Below, in pieces: positions 7,624-16,867 of a DNA stretch of 64,000 bases. Origin of the DNA: an uncultured Clostridium sp. (GTDB lineage: Bacteria; Bacillota; Clostridia; TANB77; CAG-508); contig CABVAF010000001.1 in assembly GCA_902496295.1 (NCBI GenBank), positions 196,568 to 260,567 of the forward strand. Reading direction: 5' to 3'. The translations under genes were made by a program, and so were the position numbers. Each line of letters begins with the position of its first letter. The first letter of the stretch is position 1. The notes under the pieces were generated by a model. The model was not told the DNA's origin and did not search any database. It was given only the letters and a program-made list of their open reading frames with translations.

Positions 7624-8841
7624 TTAGTCTTTTATATATTTTTTAAACATCTCATATGCTTTATTCAATGCTTTAACTAGTTTATCTACATCTTCTTTAT
7701 CATTATAAAAGTAAAAACTTGCTCTACATGTAGAATCTATTCCTAAAAATCTTAGTAGTGGTTGAGCACAATGATTTCCAGAACGCACACAAACACCTTC
7801 TGTATCTAATATGCTTGCAACATCATGTGGATGTACACCTTTTATATTAAATGAAATTACAGAAGAGTGTTTTTCTGCATTTGGCGTCATATATAATGTA
7901 AGATAGTCTAATTTAGATAACTCTTGTCTTGCATATGTTATAACTTCATTTTCTATTTCCTCTATTTTGTCTAAACCTATAGAATTTATATAATCAATTG
8001 CAGCACCAAGTCCAATTACTCCTTCTACATTTGGAGTTCCTGCTTCAAATTTATTTGGAAGAGGTGCAAATGTAGTTTCTTGTTCATATACATATTCTAT
8101 CATGTCTCCACCCATTATAAATGGCGTCATACTTTCCAATATTTCTTTTTTGCCATATAAAACACCAACCCCCAGTGGTGCTAGCATCTTGTGCCCTGAA
8201 AATACTAAAAAGTCTGCATTTAAATCTTGTACATCTATTTTCATATGAGGAATACTTTGTGATGCATCAACAATAACTATAGCTCCTTTTTTATGTGCAT
8301 AATCTATAATCTTTTTAACATTATTTATTGTTCCCAAAACATTAGAAACATGTGCTATTCCTACAATTTTAGTTTTGTCTGTAATCTTTGTTTCAATCTC
8401 TTCATCTGTTAACTCAAATTCCTCATTAATATACATATATTTTAATTTGCTACCCGTAACTTTAGCAACTTTTTGCCAAGGAACCAAATTTGAATGATGT
8501 TCCATAATAGAAATAACAATTTCGTCATCTTTTTTTAGTTTATCTATTCCATATGAATATGCAAGTAAATTTAAGCTTTCGGTAGCATTTTTAGAAAATA
8601 TTATCTCTTCCCTATGTCTAGCATTAATATATTTCGCAATTTTTGTTCTTGTATCCTCGTAAAGATTAGTTGCTTCAACGCTTAACGAATATGCTCCTCT
8701 GTGAGGATTAGCATTATTATTTTTATAAAAATTATCTATAGCATTTATTACTTGAATAGGCTTTTGAGTTGTAGCCCCACTATCCAAATATGTTATATTG
8801 TTATTTTTCAAAATTGGAAAATCATTTTTATAATTATTCAT
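7624..8841 (-). CDS. sufS: Cysteine desulfurase, SufS type
   Basis: 405 aa. PLP lysine motif FSGHKM, catalytic loop RSGNHCAQP, N-terminal YLDSGATTQKP. Confidence 0.92.
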   Translation of the reverse strand: MNNYKNDFPILKNNNITYLDSGATTQKPIQVINAIDNFYKNNNANPHRGAYSLSVEATNLYEDTRTKIAKYINARHREEIIFSKNATESLNLLAYSYGIDKLKKDDEIVISIMEHHSNLVPWQKVAKVTGSKLKYMYINEEFELTDEEIETKITDKTKIVGIAHVSNVLGTINNVKKIIDYAHKKGAIVIVDASQSIPHMKIDVQDLNADFLVFSGHKMLAPLGVGVLYGKKEILESMTPFIMGGDMIEYVYEQETTFAPLPNKFEAGTPNVEGVIGLGAAIDYINSIGLDKIEEIENEVITYARQELSKLDYLTLYMTPNAEKHSSVISFNIKGVHPHDVASILDTEGVCVRSGNHCAQPLLRFLGIDSTCRASFYFYNDKEDVDKLVKALNKAYEMFKKYIKD

Positions 8842-8871
8842 TAATATTCTCCTTTTAATATTATTTATATG

Positions 8872-9927
8872 TTAGTCTAATCTGTTATCCATTTCTTCTA
8901 GTATTTCTTCTTTTAAGCCTTCGCTAGTTACATTTTCTATTATTTTATTAAATTTTGCTCTTACAAGTAATTTCATAGCTTCTTTTAAATTAAATCCTCT
9001 ACTCATTATATAGAATAGTTCCTTTTCTCCTACCTTCCCTGCTGCACTACTATGATTTCCTTCTACCTCTTCTTCAGAGCAAAGAAGCATTGGTAAAGCT
9101 ATAGATTTTGCTGTATCAGACAATAATGTGCAAAATTCATTTTCGCTTCCTGTTGCTTTTTTACAGCCTTTTTTAAAGTCTATAGTACCTTTAAAATGTT
9201 TTTTAGCAGTATCTTTTAATGCGCCTTGAATTTCTATATCTATATTAGACTTCTTGCCTCTTAGTTCTCCAATATAATTCAAGTCAAAGAATTGATTTTC
9301 TTTTCCTAAATAGATACCATTAATTATATTTTCAGAATTATCTCCAAGTAAATTTGAATAGTAATTTGTTATGCTATTTTTTCCTCCAAAGTCTACAATT
9401 GTATAATTTATTTTAGCCCCTTCTTCTAATAAATTATCAAAACTTATAAAATTGTTAGAGATAATATTCATAAGATTTACTACTACTATATTTATTTTAG
9501 AGTTCTTTTTAGCTAGTATTCTTATTATTCCATTGTGATAAGCCATAATATCTTCTACAGTTTTGTATTTTATTATAATATTAGATTTAGTGTTTTCATT
9601 TGCAATTATTTCTATATTATCTACTAAATTTAAATTTTCTTTATCAAAATTAAAGTTTAATTCTACCTCTTTGTTTACATTATTCTCTATAACTACTCTA
9701 ATATTTTTATTTGCTTCTTTTTTTACTTGTTCGTTTAGCTTATCTCCTAACCCATATGTTAAGTTATAATCCATATTAGCATCATTAGTAATGTTCCCTA
9801 TAACTTTTACATTATTAAATTCGCTAATTATACTTGGAATTTCTATATCTTTTAATTTTGCATTATTAATATGAAAATTTCTTGAAGTTCTTACAGGTGT
9901 TTCATTAACTTTTAATTCTTGTAACAT
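8872..9927 (-). CDS. sufD: Fe-S cluster assembly protein SufD
   Basis: 351 aa. C-terminal SufBD signature (HSSAAGKVGEKELFYIMSRGF), position between sufB and sufS, and a 1-nt overlap with sufB. Confidence 0.85.
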   Translation of the reverse strand: MLQELKVNETPVRTSRNFHINNAKLKDIEIPSIISEFNNVKVIGNITNDANMDYNLTYGLGDKLNEQVKKEANKNIRVVIENNVNKEVELNFNFDKENLNLVDNIEIIANENTKSNIIIKYKTVEDIMAYHNGIIRILAKKNSKINIVVVNLMNIISNNFISFDNLLEEGAKINYTIVDFGGKNSITNYYSNLLGDNSENIINGIYLGKENQFFDLNYIGELRGKKSNIDIEIQGALKDTAKKHFKGTIDFKKGCKKATGSENEFCTLLSDTAKSIALPMLLCSEEEVEGNHSSAAGKVGEKELFYIMSRGFNLKEAMKLLVRAKFNKIIENVTSEGLKEEILEEMDNRLD

Positions 9928-11327
9928 TATCCTATTGCTCCCTCCAATTCTAAGTTTATTAAATTATTCATTTCTACTGCATACTCTACAGGAAGTTCTT
10001 TAGATATTGGATATGCAAATCCTCTTACTATCATAGCTTTTGCGTCTTCTTCAGATAACCCCCTAGACATTAAATAAAAAATTGCTTTATCACTAATTTT
10101 ACCAATTTTAGCCTCATGAGAAAATTCTACTTCATCATTTCTTATGTCATTAACCGGGATTGTGTCTGAAATAGAAATATCATCAAGCATAAGTGATTCA
10201 CAAGATACAGAGCTTTTAGAGTTTTTAGCATTTTCGTTTATTCTAACTAAAGACCTATAAGTACATTTTCCTCCGTTTTTAGAAATGGATTTAGAGTTTA
10301 CAACACTAGATGTATTTTCAGCATTATGTATTACTTTAAATCCTGTGTCTAAATTTTGCCCTGCTCCTGCAAATGAAATTCCTGTATATTCTGTTTTTGC
10401 TCCCTCTCCGTTTAATACACTTAAAGGATAAAGCATTGATATTTTAGAGCCAAAAGAACCAGTAACCCAGTCTATTTGGGCGTTTCTTCCTACTAATGCT
10501 TTTTTAGTGTTTAAGTTTAACATATTTTTAGACCAGTTTTCTATTGTAGAATATCTTAAATATGCATTTTCCTTTACATATAATTCAACACAACCTGCAT
10601 GTAAGTTTACTTTATTATATTTTGGTGCAGAACATCCTTCTATGAAATGTAAGCTTGCACCTTCATCTACTATTATTAAAGTATGCTCAAATTGTCCAGA
10701 TTCTGGTGAATTTAGTCTAAAATATGATTGAAGCGGAATATCTACTTTAACTCCTTTTGGAACATACACGAAAGAACCACCAGACCAAACTGCTCCATGT
10801 AATGCAACAAATTTATGATCTGTTACTGGAACACATTTCATAAAATGCTCTTTAACTAAATCTGGATATTCTCTTACAGCAGTCTCCATGTCTGTGTAAA
10901 CAACACCCTGCTTTATTAGTTCTTCTTTCATGCTGTGGTAAACTACTTCTGAATCATATTGTGCACCTACACCTGCAAGAGATGTCTTTTCTGCCTCTGG
11001 TATACCTAGTTTGTCAAAAGTATTTTTTATATCTTCTGGTACATCTTCCCATGAAGTATTTAGTTTAGATTTTGGCCTAACATATGTTGCTATTTCATCC
11101 ATATTAAGTTCTGAAATATCTGGTCCCCATGTTGGAAGTTCTAAGCTGTTATATACCTCTAGCGCATGTAGTCTAAACTCTCTCATCCAATCCGGATCAT
11201 TTTTTTGCTTAGATATTTCTTCTATTATTTCTTTAGTCAGACCTTTTTTTATTTTAAAATCGTATTCATCTTTATTTTTTATGTCATATATATTTCTATT
11301 TATATCGTCAACTTTAGTTTTGCTCAT
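9927..11327 (-). CDS. sufB: Fe-S cluster assembly protein SufB
   Basis: 466 aa. Conserved HEAKIGKISDKAIFYLMSRGLSEEDA and GCSAP motifs. Confidence 0.92.
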   Translation of the reverse strand: MSKTKVDDINRNIYDIKNKDEYDFKIKKGLTKEIIEEISKQKNDPDWMREFRLHALEVYNSLELPTWGPDISELNMDEIATYVRPKSKLNTSWEDVPEDIKNTFDKLGIPEAEKTSLAGVGAQYDSEVVYHSMKEELIKQGVVYTDMETAVREYPDLVKEHFMKCVPVTDHKFVALHGAVWSGGSFVYVPKGVKVDIPLQSYFRLNSPESGQFEHTLIIVDEGASLHFIEGCSAPKYNKVNLHAGCVELYVKENAYLRYSTIENWSKNMLNLNTKKALVGRNAQIDWVTGSFGSKISMLYPLSVLNGEGAKTEYTGISFAGAGQNLDTGFKVIHNAENTSSVVNSKSISKNGGKCTYRSLVRINENAKNSKSSVSCESLMLDDISISDTIPVNDIRNDEVEFSHEAKIGKISDKAIFYLMSRGLSEEDAKAMIVRGFAYPISKELPVEYAVEMNNLINLELEGAIG

Positions 11328-11406
11328 TAATGCAACCTCAAATAAAAATTTAGGTTTTCAGAGGTTTTACCTATAAACCTTATTTATAAAATAATTATAT
11401 ATATTT

Positions 11407-12153
11407 TTAGTTAATGTTTTTATAAGCAGAATAGCCGTTTTCTTCTATTTCTGATGCTAAGTCTTGGTTTCCTGTTTTTACTATTTTTCCATTTACTAAT
11501 ATATGGACATAGTCTACTTTTAAGCTTTTTAGTATTTTTGTGTTATGTGTTATTATAAGAACTGCATTATTGTCACTTTTAAACATTTCTATACCTTTTG
11601 AAACAGTTCTAATTGCATCTACATCTAGTCCAGAATCTGTCTCATCAAGTATTGCAAGTTTAGGATTTAATACAAGCATTTGAAGAATTTCATTTTTCTT
11701 CTTTTCTCCTCCAGAAAATCCAACATTTAAACTACGTTCTGCATATTCTGGTTTCATTTTTAATTCTTCCATATATTGTTTTAGTTCATCTTTAAACTGA
11801 AAAACTTTTACAGGTTTTCCTGTCATTTTTCCTTTTGCAGATTTTAAAAAGTTAGTAACAGATATTCCTGGTATTTCTTCTGGTAATTGGAATGACATGA
11901 AAATGCCTTTCCTTGCTATTTCGTCTGTTTTTAGGTTAGTTATATCTTCATTTTCAAAATTTATTGTTCCTTCTACTTTATTATATAAAGGGTTATTTAA
12001 TATTGCATTTGCTGTAGTACTCTTTCCAGAACCATTTGGTCCCATTATAACGTGAATTTCGCCTTTATTAATTGTTAAATCTATTCCTTTTAATATTTCT
12101 TTTTCTTCTGCATTTACATGTAAATTCTTAATTTCTAACAATTTATTACTCAT
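11407..12153 (-). CDS. sufC: Fe-S cluster assembly ATPase SufC
   Basis: 248 aa. Walker A GPNGSGKST, ABC signature FSGGEKKK, Walker B LAILDETDSGLD. Confidence 0.93.
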   Translation of the reverse strand: MSNKLLEIKNLHVNAEEKEILKGIDLTINKGEIHVIMGPNGSGKSTTANAILNNPLYNKVEGTINFENEDITNLKTDEIARKGIFMSFQLPEEIPGISVTNFLKSAKGKMTGKPVKVFQFKDELKQYMEELKMKPEYAERSLNVGFSGGEKKKNEILQMLVLNPKLAILDETDSGLDVDAIRTVSKGIEMFKSDNNAVLIITHNTKILKSLKVDYVHILVNGKIVKTGNQDLASEIEENGYSAYKNIN

Positions 12154-12154
12154 A

Positions 12155-12598
12155 TTAGTTAACTCTCCTTCTTACGCAACTTCTACATCTTTCATTATTA
12201 ATATCATAGTCACAGTCTAAATTACTTAAATCTAATGTTTTATGAACATATTTAGCAAGTTTATTTATAGTATTATCAGAAATAGCAGATTTTATATTTG
12301 CTGCTTCTTCCTCTGCTTCTTGCTCTGCTAAATTAAGTACATCTTTTAAAAATAAGTAGACAATATCATAAGCTTCAATTACTTTTTTAGCTAAATCTTC
12401 ACCTTGTTTAGTTAATTCTATTGTTCCATAGGCCTCATAAGTAACCAAGTTATTAGCTTTTAAGTTTCTTAAAGCTTTATTAACACTTGGCTTAGTACAA
12501 TTCATTTTATTTGCAACATCTGTAACTCTAATATTACCAACCTGTTTTTTTAATATATACATAGTTTTTAAATATTCTTCTAATGCCTTTGAAATCAT
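12155..12598 (-). CDS. DtxR/MntR-fold winged-helix regulator, first gene of the suf operon
   Basis: The track ORF starts at 12667, but AAGGAGAA precedes ATG 12598 (MISKALEEYLKTMYILKK...). The wHTH is colinear with MntR. C-terminal tail DCDYDINNERCRSC. The stop lies 1 nt before sufC. Confidence 0.8.
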   Translation of the reverse strand: MISKALEEYLKTMYILKKQVGNIRVTDVANKMNCTKPSVNKALRNLKANNLVTYEAYGTIELTKQGEDLAKKVIEAYDIVYLFLKDVLNLAEQEAEEEAANIKSAISDNTINKLAKYVHKTLDLSNLDCDYDINNERCRSCVRRRVN

Positions 12599-12622
12599 AT
12601 AATTCTCCTTATTGTTAATCAC

Positions 12623-12668
12623 GGTTAACATTATATAACATGTAGAAATGTTTGTCAAGGTTAACATT
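12623..12668 (-). promoter_or_regulatory. Consensus sigma-A promoter (TTGACA-17-TATAAT) bracketed by direct repeats GGTTAACATT
   Basis: On the minus strand, -35 TTGACA is at 12653-12658 and -10 TATAAT at 12630-12635. Identical 10-mers sit at 12623-12632 and 12659-12668. Confidence 0.6.
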
Positions 12669-12680
12669 TAAAATCATTAT

Positions 12681-12720
12681 AAAAAAGTGATAGGGCATCC
12701 TATTAGGATGCCCTTGTTTT
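12681..12720. terminator. GC-rich bidirectional intrinsic terminator
   Basis: AGGGCATCC (12692-12700) pairs with GGATGCCCT (12706-12714). An A-run lies upstream and TTGTTTT downstream. It sits 3' of ORF 12729..13220. Confidence 0.7.
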
Positions 12721-12728
12721 GTAAATGC

Positions 12729-13220
12729 TTAACTGCCAAAGTATAGCAGCCATTTACATTTCCCTAAGTCTATTCTTTGTTCTTTCAGCTCCTTTATTTT
12801 TTCGTTGTTCTCAACATAAATTTGAATCTGTTGTTGAACTAAGCCATCCGACTTTAGCTCTGGAACCATCGAAACCAAGTCTATTGCGCTTTTGCTTTTT
12901 AATTCAGCATATGTGCTAGCCTCCCAGTCCATGTATGATTGGACTGCAAGATTGATAGTGCGTTCTATCTCTTCGTTTTCCTGTTCGTACATCTCGATTT
13001 TATTATCAATTATGCGCCCTTCCCCTAATTGATTTACATTATCCAAAATGCAAACGAAAGAAAATACCCCGAATATAACTGTTACAAGGAACGTACCGCC
13101 AAATACATAAGAAATTTTTCCCCATATTCCCGCATCATAACACTTGTCATCCACTTTGTAGGCTACTATTAAAGAAATAACGCAAAGCACTAAACAGATA
13201 CCAAAGCAAAGACTTAACAT
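12729..13220 (-). CDS. Orphan membrane protein, 163 aa (2 TM plus coiled-coil tail), foreign composition
   Basis: RBS GGAGGA 5 nt before the ATG. Two N-terminal hydrophobic helices, then a charged helical region (EMYEQENEEIERT...KIKELKEQRIDL) ending KWLLYFGS. 49/110 G+C in 12841-12950. Confidence 0.6.
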   Translation of the reverse strand: MLSLCFGICLVLCVISLIVAYKVDDKCYDAGIWGKISYVFGGTFLVTVIFGVFSFVCILDNVNQLGEGRIIDNKIEMYEQENEEIERTINLAVQSYMDWEASTYAELKSKSAIDLVSMVPELKSDGLVQQQIQIYVENNEKIKELKEQRIDLGKCKWLLYFGS

Positions 13221-13278
13221 ATTTTCCTCCTACAAACTTTTATTGTTGTCTACGCTATATATGTAAAACCAAAAAGTT

Positions 13279-13305
13279 AGAGGAATATCCTCTCACTAAT
13301 TAGTG
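13279..13305 (-). promoter_or_regulatory. Two abutting perfect palindromes in the leader of ORF 12729..13220
   Basis: AGAGGA-ATA-TCCTCT (13279-13293) is directly followed by CACTAATTAGTG (13294-13305). They lie between a candidate promoter (TTTACA 13370-13375, TATAAT 13346-13351, minus strand, 18-nt spacer) and the RBS. Confidence 0.4.
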
Positions 13306-13387
13306 GCACAAGGAAACAATATAAAAATTGCTTATGTCGCTTTATATTATACACTATTTTACGTAAAATTGTAAATAGATATGCCTA

Positions 13388-15211
13388 TTATTCAAACATA
13401 GCCTTTACTTTTGGCAATAAATAATGGCTACCTCCTCTATCTTTTACATCTTCTATCATGTTTACAATTAGTAATTGGTCATTTGGATTATCACTAACCT
13501 TAAAGGCATTAAACCATCCAAGTTCTGTACCTGTGTCGTCATCTTGTGAAGCTTTTATTTCTGCCGTACCTGTTTTTCCAGCTAATGTCATTCCTTCTAT
13601 TTTAGCTTCATGACCTGTTCCATTTGCATTTTCTATTGTTTGAACCATATCATCTCTTACTATCTCTGCTGCCTCTTTTGTAAAAGCGTTTTTTATCCAA
13701 TATTCTGCTGTAGCATTTTCTTTATATTCAATGTATGGCTTAATCATATTTCCTTCATTAACAAATGCAGAATACATTGCAGCAACGTGTAATGGATTTA
13801 CTAAAACTTTTCCTTGCCCATAACCTGTGTCTGCAAGCTGTATTTCAGATGAAAAAGTATTATTGTCTGCAAATTGAGATTTGTCCATATTAATTGCAAA
13901 AGGCATTTCAGTATCAAAACCTATTTTTAATAATTGTTCTGCAAATGTGTCTGCTCCTATTTTTAATGCAGACTTTGCAAAATATATATTGTCTGAATAA
14001 ATTAAAGCATTTCTTAAATTTGCAGGACCACTATATGTTTGTAATGTAGTTACTCTATAATTACCCCAACTAGAATTATTTTGCCAACTTAATCCACTTG
14101 CACCATAGTCTTCATCTGCACTCATTTTGCCTGTAGTTAGCCCAACTGCTGCTGTAATAGGCTTAAAAGAAGAACCTGGTACATATGTATTTTGATATCT
14201 TACAAGCATTGGATTATTTTTATTATTATTTAATTCTTCCCATGCCTCATTAGTAAATCCTCTTATGAAATCATTTGAATCATATGTCGGTGTACTAACT
14301 AACGCTAAAACTTCCCCTGTTTTTGGATTAATTGCAACAGATAAACCATTATCTCCATCTAATTGTTTATATATCTTATCTTGCAAACGGATATCTATTG
14401 TAGTTGTTATATCTTCTCCGTCTGTTGCTTCTGTTTGTGCTAATGTTTTTATTTTATTTCCAGAACTATTTGTAATATATATTTCACATCCAGTTCCAGG
14501 TCTTAATCTATCTTCATATACTTTTTCTAAACCCGTTTTTCCTATTATACTTGACTCTGTATAGCCTTTTCCAGCGTTTGCTTCTAACTCTTCTGCACTA
14601 ATACTTCTTACATATCCTAATAAATGTGATGTTGTCTTTCCATATGGATATTGTCTTGTTCCATCATCTCCTGTAATAGCAAGGGCAGTCCCATCTCTAG
14701 CAAGTATTGCACCTCTTGTTCCTTGGGTTGTAGAAACTCTTACTTTATAGTCAGATTGCAAATCCGGAAATATTAGTTGTGAATACCAATTTAAGTAATA
14801 TTTGTTATCGTCCTGTCTGTCAAATGTAGCTTTGTTTGAAAAAGTAATATCTCCAGCCATAGTATTCATAGACATAGTATAAAATAATTGTTTATTATCT
14901 TTATCGTAATTTAAATCTGAGATTGTAACATCTGCTGCTTCAATTCCATTATAAATATTGCTATTTCTGTCTAAATATGTTTGCTTATCTACTCTTGCCT
15001 TTGTACTTTCAGATAAAAGAGTATACATTGACTCAAAATCTTTATCATTAATGTAAGATACATATTGGGTTAGCACTTCTTCTGGAGTATTTTTGTCAGC
15101 ATTAAGTACAAAAATATACCAATATACTCCTCCTCCAATTAATGCTAAAAACAGAATTACACATATAATAATTATTACAATAGCTTTAGTAGAAATTCTT
15201 TTTTTCTCCAT
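13388..15211 (-). CDS. Class B penicillin-binding protein (transpeptidase) with NTF2-like N-terminal domain
   Basis: 607 aa. N-terminal TM anchor. Motifs SxxK (GSSFKP), SxN (YSDN), KTG (AGKTGTAE). Confidence 0.88.
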   Translation of the reverse strand: MEKKRISTKAIVIIIICVILFLALIGGGVYWYIFVLNADKNTPEEVLTQYVSYINDKDFESMYTLLSESTKARVDKQTYLDRNSNIYNGIEAADVTISDLNYDKDNKQLFYTMSMNTMAGDITFSNKATFDRQDDNKYYLNWYSQLIFPDLQSDYKVRVSTTQGTRGAILARDGTALAITGDDGTRQYPYGKTTSHLLGYVRSISAEELEANAGKGYTESSIIGKTGLEKVYEDRLRPGTGCEIYITNSSGNKIKTLAQTEATDGEDITTTIDIRLQDKIYKQLDGDNGLSVAINPKTGEVLALVSTPTYDSNDFIRGFTNEAWEELNNNKNNPMLVRYQNTYVPGSSFKPITAAVGLTTGKMSADEDYGASGLSWQNNSSWGNYRVTTLQTYSGPANLRNALIYSDNIYFAKSALKIGADTFAEQLLKIGFDTEMPFAINMDKSQFADNNTFSSEIQLADTGYGQGKVLVNPLHVAAMYSAFVNEGNMIKPYIEYKENATAEYWIKNAFTKEAAEIVRDDMVQTIENANGTGHEAKIEGMTLAGKTGTAEIKASQDDDTGTELGWFNAFKVSDNPNDQLLIVNMIEDVKDRGGSHYLLPKVKAMFE

Positions 15212-15253
15212 TTTTTCCTTCTTTCTGGAAATTTAGACATATTTCTAATTTCC

Positions 15254-15300
15254 TAAAATAGCCTGAAATGACTTTTGTTAGAACACTTCAGGCTATTTTA
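15254..15300 (-). terminator. Intrinsic terminator downstream of ackA
   Basis: AATAGCCTGAA (15257-15267) pairs with TTCAGGCTATT (15287-15297), with flanking A/T runs. Confidence 0.55.
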
Positions 15301-15370
15301 TAGTTATATATTATTATATTTTTTGCATAATTTTCGCTAAACTATTAATTGTTTACACTATATAGATAAT

Positions 15371-16561
15371 TTATTTTACTAAATTCATAGTATCTCTTGC
15401 TATCATAAGCTCTTCGTTTGTTGGAATAATGTAAACTTTTACCTTTGAATCTGGTGTAGAAATTTCACATTCTTCTCCTCTTACTTTGTTCTTTTCTTCA
15501 TCTATTTTTACACCTAAGAACTCTAAAGATTTACAAATTTGGCTTCTTACTTCTGGTCCGTTTTCTCCAACTCCACCAGCAAATGTAATAACATCTATAC
15601 CATTCATTTGTGCAGCATATCTTCCTATATATCCAATTACTTGATAAGCGAATGTGTCTATAGCAAGTTTTGCTCTCTTATTTCCTTCTTTTATGGCAGC
15701 TTCGATATCTCTATCATCAAAACTTACTCCAGAAACACCTAATTTTCCAGATTTTTTATTTAAAATTGTGTCCATTTCGTCTGGTGTTAAGTTTTCTTGT
15801 TTCATTAAGAAAGTTACTATAGATGGGTCTATGTCTCCAGACCTTGTTCCCATAGGAATACCAGCAAGTGGTGTTAATCCCATTGAAGTATCTACAGATT
15901 TTCCGCCTTTAACAGCACATAAACTTCCACCTTGTCCTAAATGGCATGTAACAATTTTTAAGTCTTCTACTGGTTTGCCCATAAGTTCTGCTACTCTTCT
16001 TGATACGAATTTGTGAGATGTTCCATGGAAACCATATTTACGAATTCTATATTTTTCATAATACTCATATGGAATTGCATAAATATATGCCTCTTCTGGT
16101 AATGTTTGATGGAATGCAGTATCAAAAACTCCTACCATTGGAACATTTGGTAAAACTTTTCTGCAAGCTTCTATACCTGTAATTCCAGCTGGGTTATGTA
16201 ACGGAGCTAGTGGTATACATTCTTTCATTGCATCTATTACTTCATCAGTAATTATTACAGAATCACTAAATTTTTCTCCTCCATGAACTACTCTATGTCC
16301 TACTGCATCTATTTCTTTTAAGTCTTTAATAACACCATAGTTTTCGTCTAATAATTGGTCTAAAACCAATTTTATTCCTTCTTCATGGTTTGTAATTACT
16401 TTTTCAATTTTGTATTTTTCTCCATTAACTTTGTGTGTTAAAAATGAATCTGGCAATCCTATCTTCTCTAAATAACCTTTTGCCATTACCTCCTCATTTT
16501 CCATATTAATCAATTGATATTTAATTGATGAACTTCCACAATTTACTACTAAAACTTTCAT
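15371..16561 (-). CDS. ackA: Acetate kinase
   Basis: 396 aa. [39 protein letters not shown]-like FAGGVGENG. Confidence 0.94.
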   Translation of the reverse strand: MKVLVVNCGSSSIKYQLINMENEEVMAKGYLEKIGLPDSFLTHKVNGEKYKIEKVITNHEEGIKLVLDQLLDENYGVIKDLKEIDAVGHRVVHGGEKFSDSVIITDEVIDAMKECIPLAPLHNPAGITGIEACRKVLPNVPMVGVFDTAFHQTLPEEAYIYAIPYEYYEKYRIRKYGFHGTSHKFVSRRVAELMGKPVEDLKIVTCHLGQGGSLCAVKGGKSVDTSMGLTPLAGIPMGTRSGDIDPSIVTFLMKQENLTPDEMDTILNKKSGKLGVSGVSFDDRDIEAAIKEGNKRAKLAIDTFAYQVIGYIGRYAAQMNGIDVITFAGGVGENGPEVRSQICKSLEFLGVKIDEEKNKVRGEECEISTPDSKVKVYIIPTNEELMIARDTMNLVK

Positions 16562-16573
16562 TTATAAAACCTC

Positions 16574-16867
16574 CTATATAACATCTATATTATGTAACTC
16601 ATTCATGTCATTAAGTGATAATACAAATACTAATGCATAAACAAGTACAGAACAAACTATAAAAATTAATGTTTGTTTTAAATTCCATTTTTCATATTTA
16701 TTAAATTTTATTAATAACACTATTTGAATTATTGTAAAAATGATACTCGGAATTATTTTTATTCTGTGATGTCCGCACATACACGTTGAAGATATGTACG
16801 TTATCATATAAAATAGAAATATTAGAATATTTAGTACAATTAAAATACATTTATACTTTTTATTCAT
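16574..16867 (-). CDS. Small hydrophobic protein (97 aa, about 3 TM) between pta and ackA
   Basis: The ATG is embedded in the pta stop (GATGAATAA), suggesting translational coupling. Host-like AT-rich composition. No recognisable family. Confidence 0.45.
   Translation of the reverse strand: MNKKYKCILIVLNILIFLFYMITYISSTCMCGHHRIKIIPSIIFTIIQIVLLIKFNKYEKWNLKQTLIFIVCSVLVYALVFVLSLNDMNELHNIDVI

Noticed and set aside
11328-11406. Structured sufC-sufB intergenic spacer (AGGTTT/AAACCT pairings)
   Set aside because: The stems are short, 5-6 bp and AT-rich, and of doubtful stability. It is most simply an intra-operon spacer carrying the sufB RBS.
12725-12919. 64-aa plus-strand ORF inside island B
   Set aside because: It is antisense to the RBS-bearing membrane-protein frame and has no RBS. 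It is a shadow ORF.
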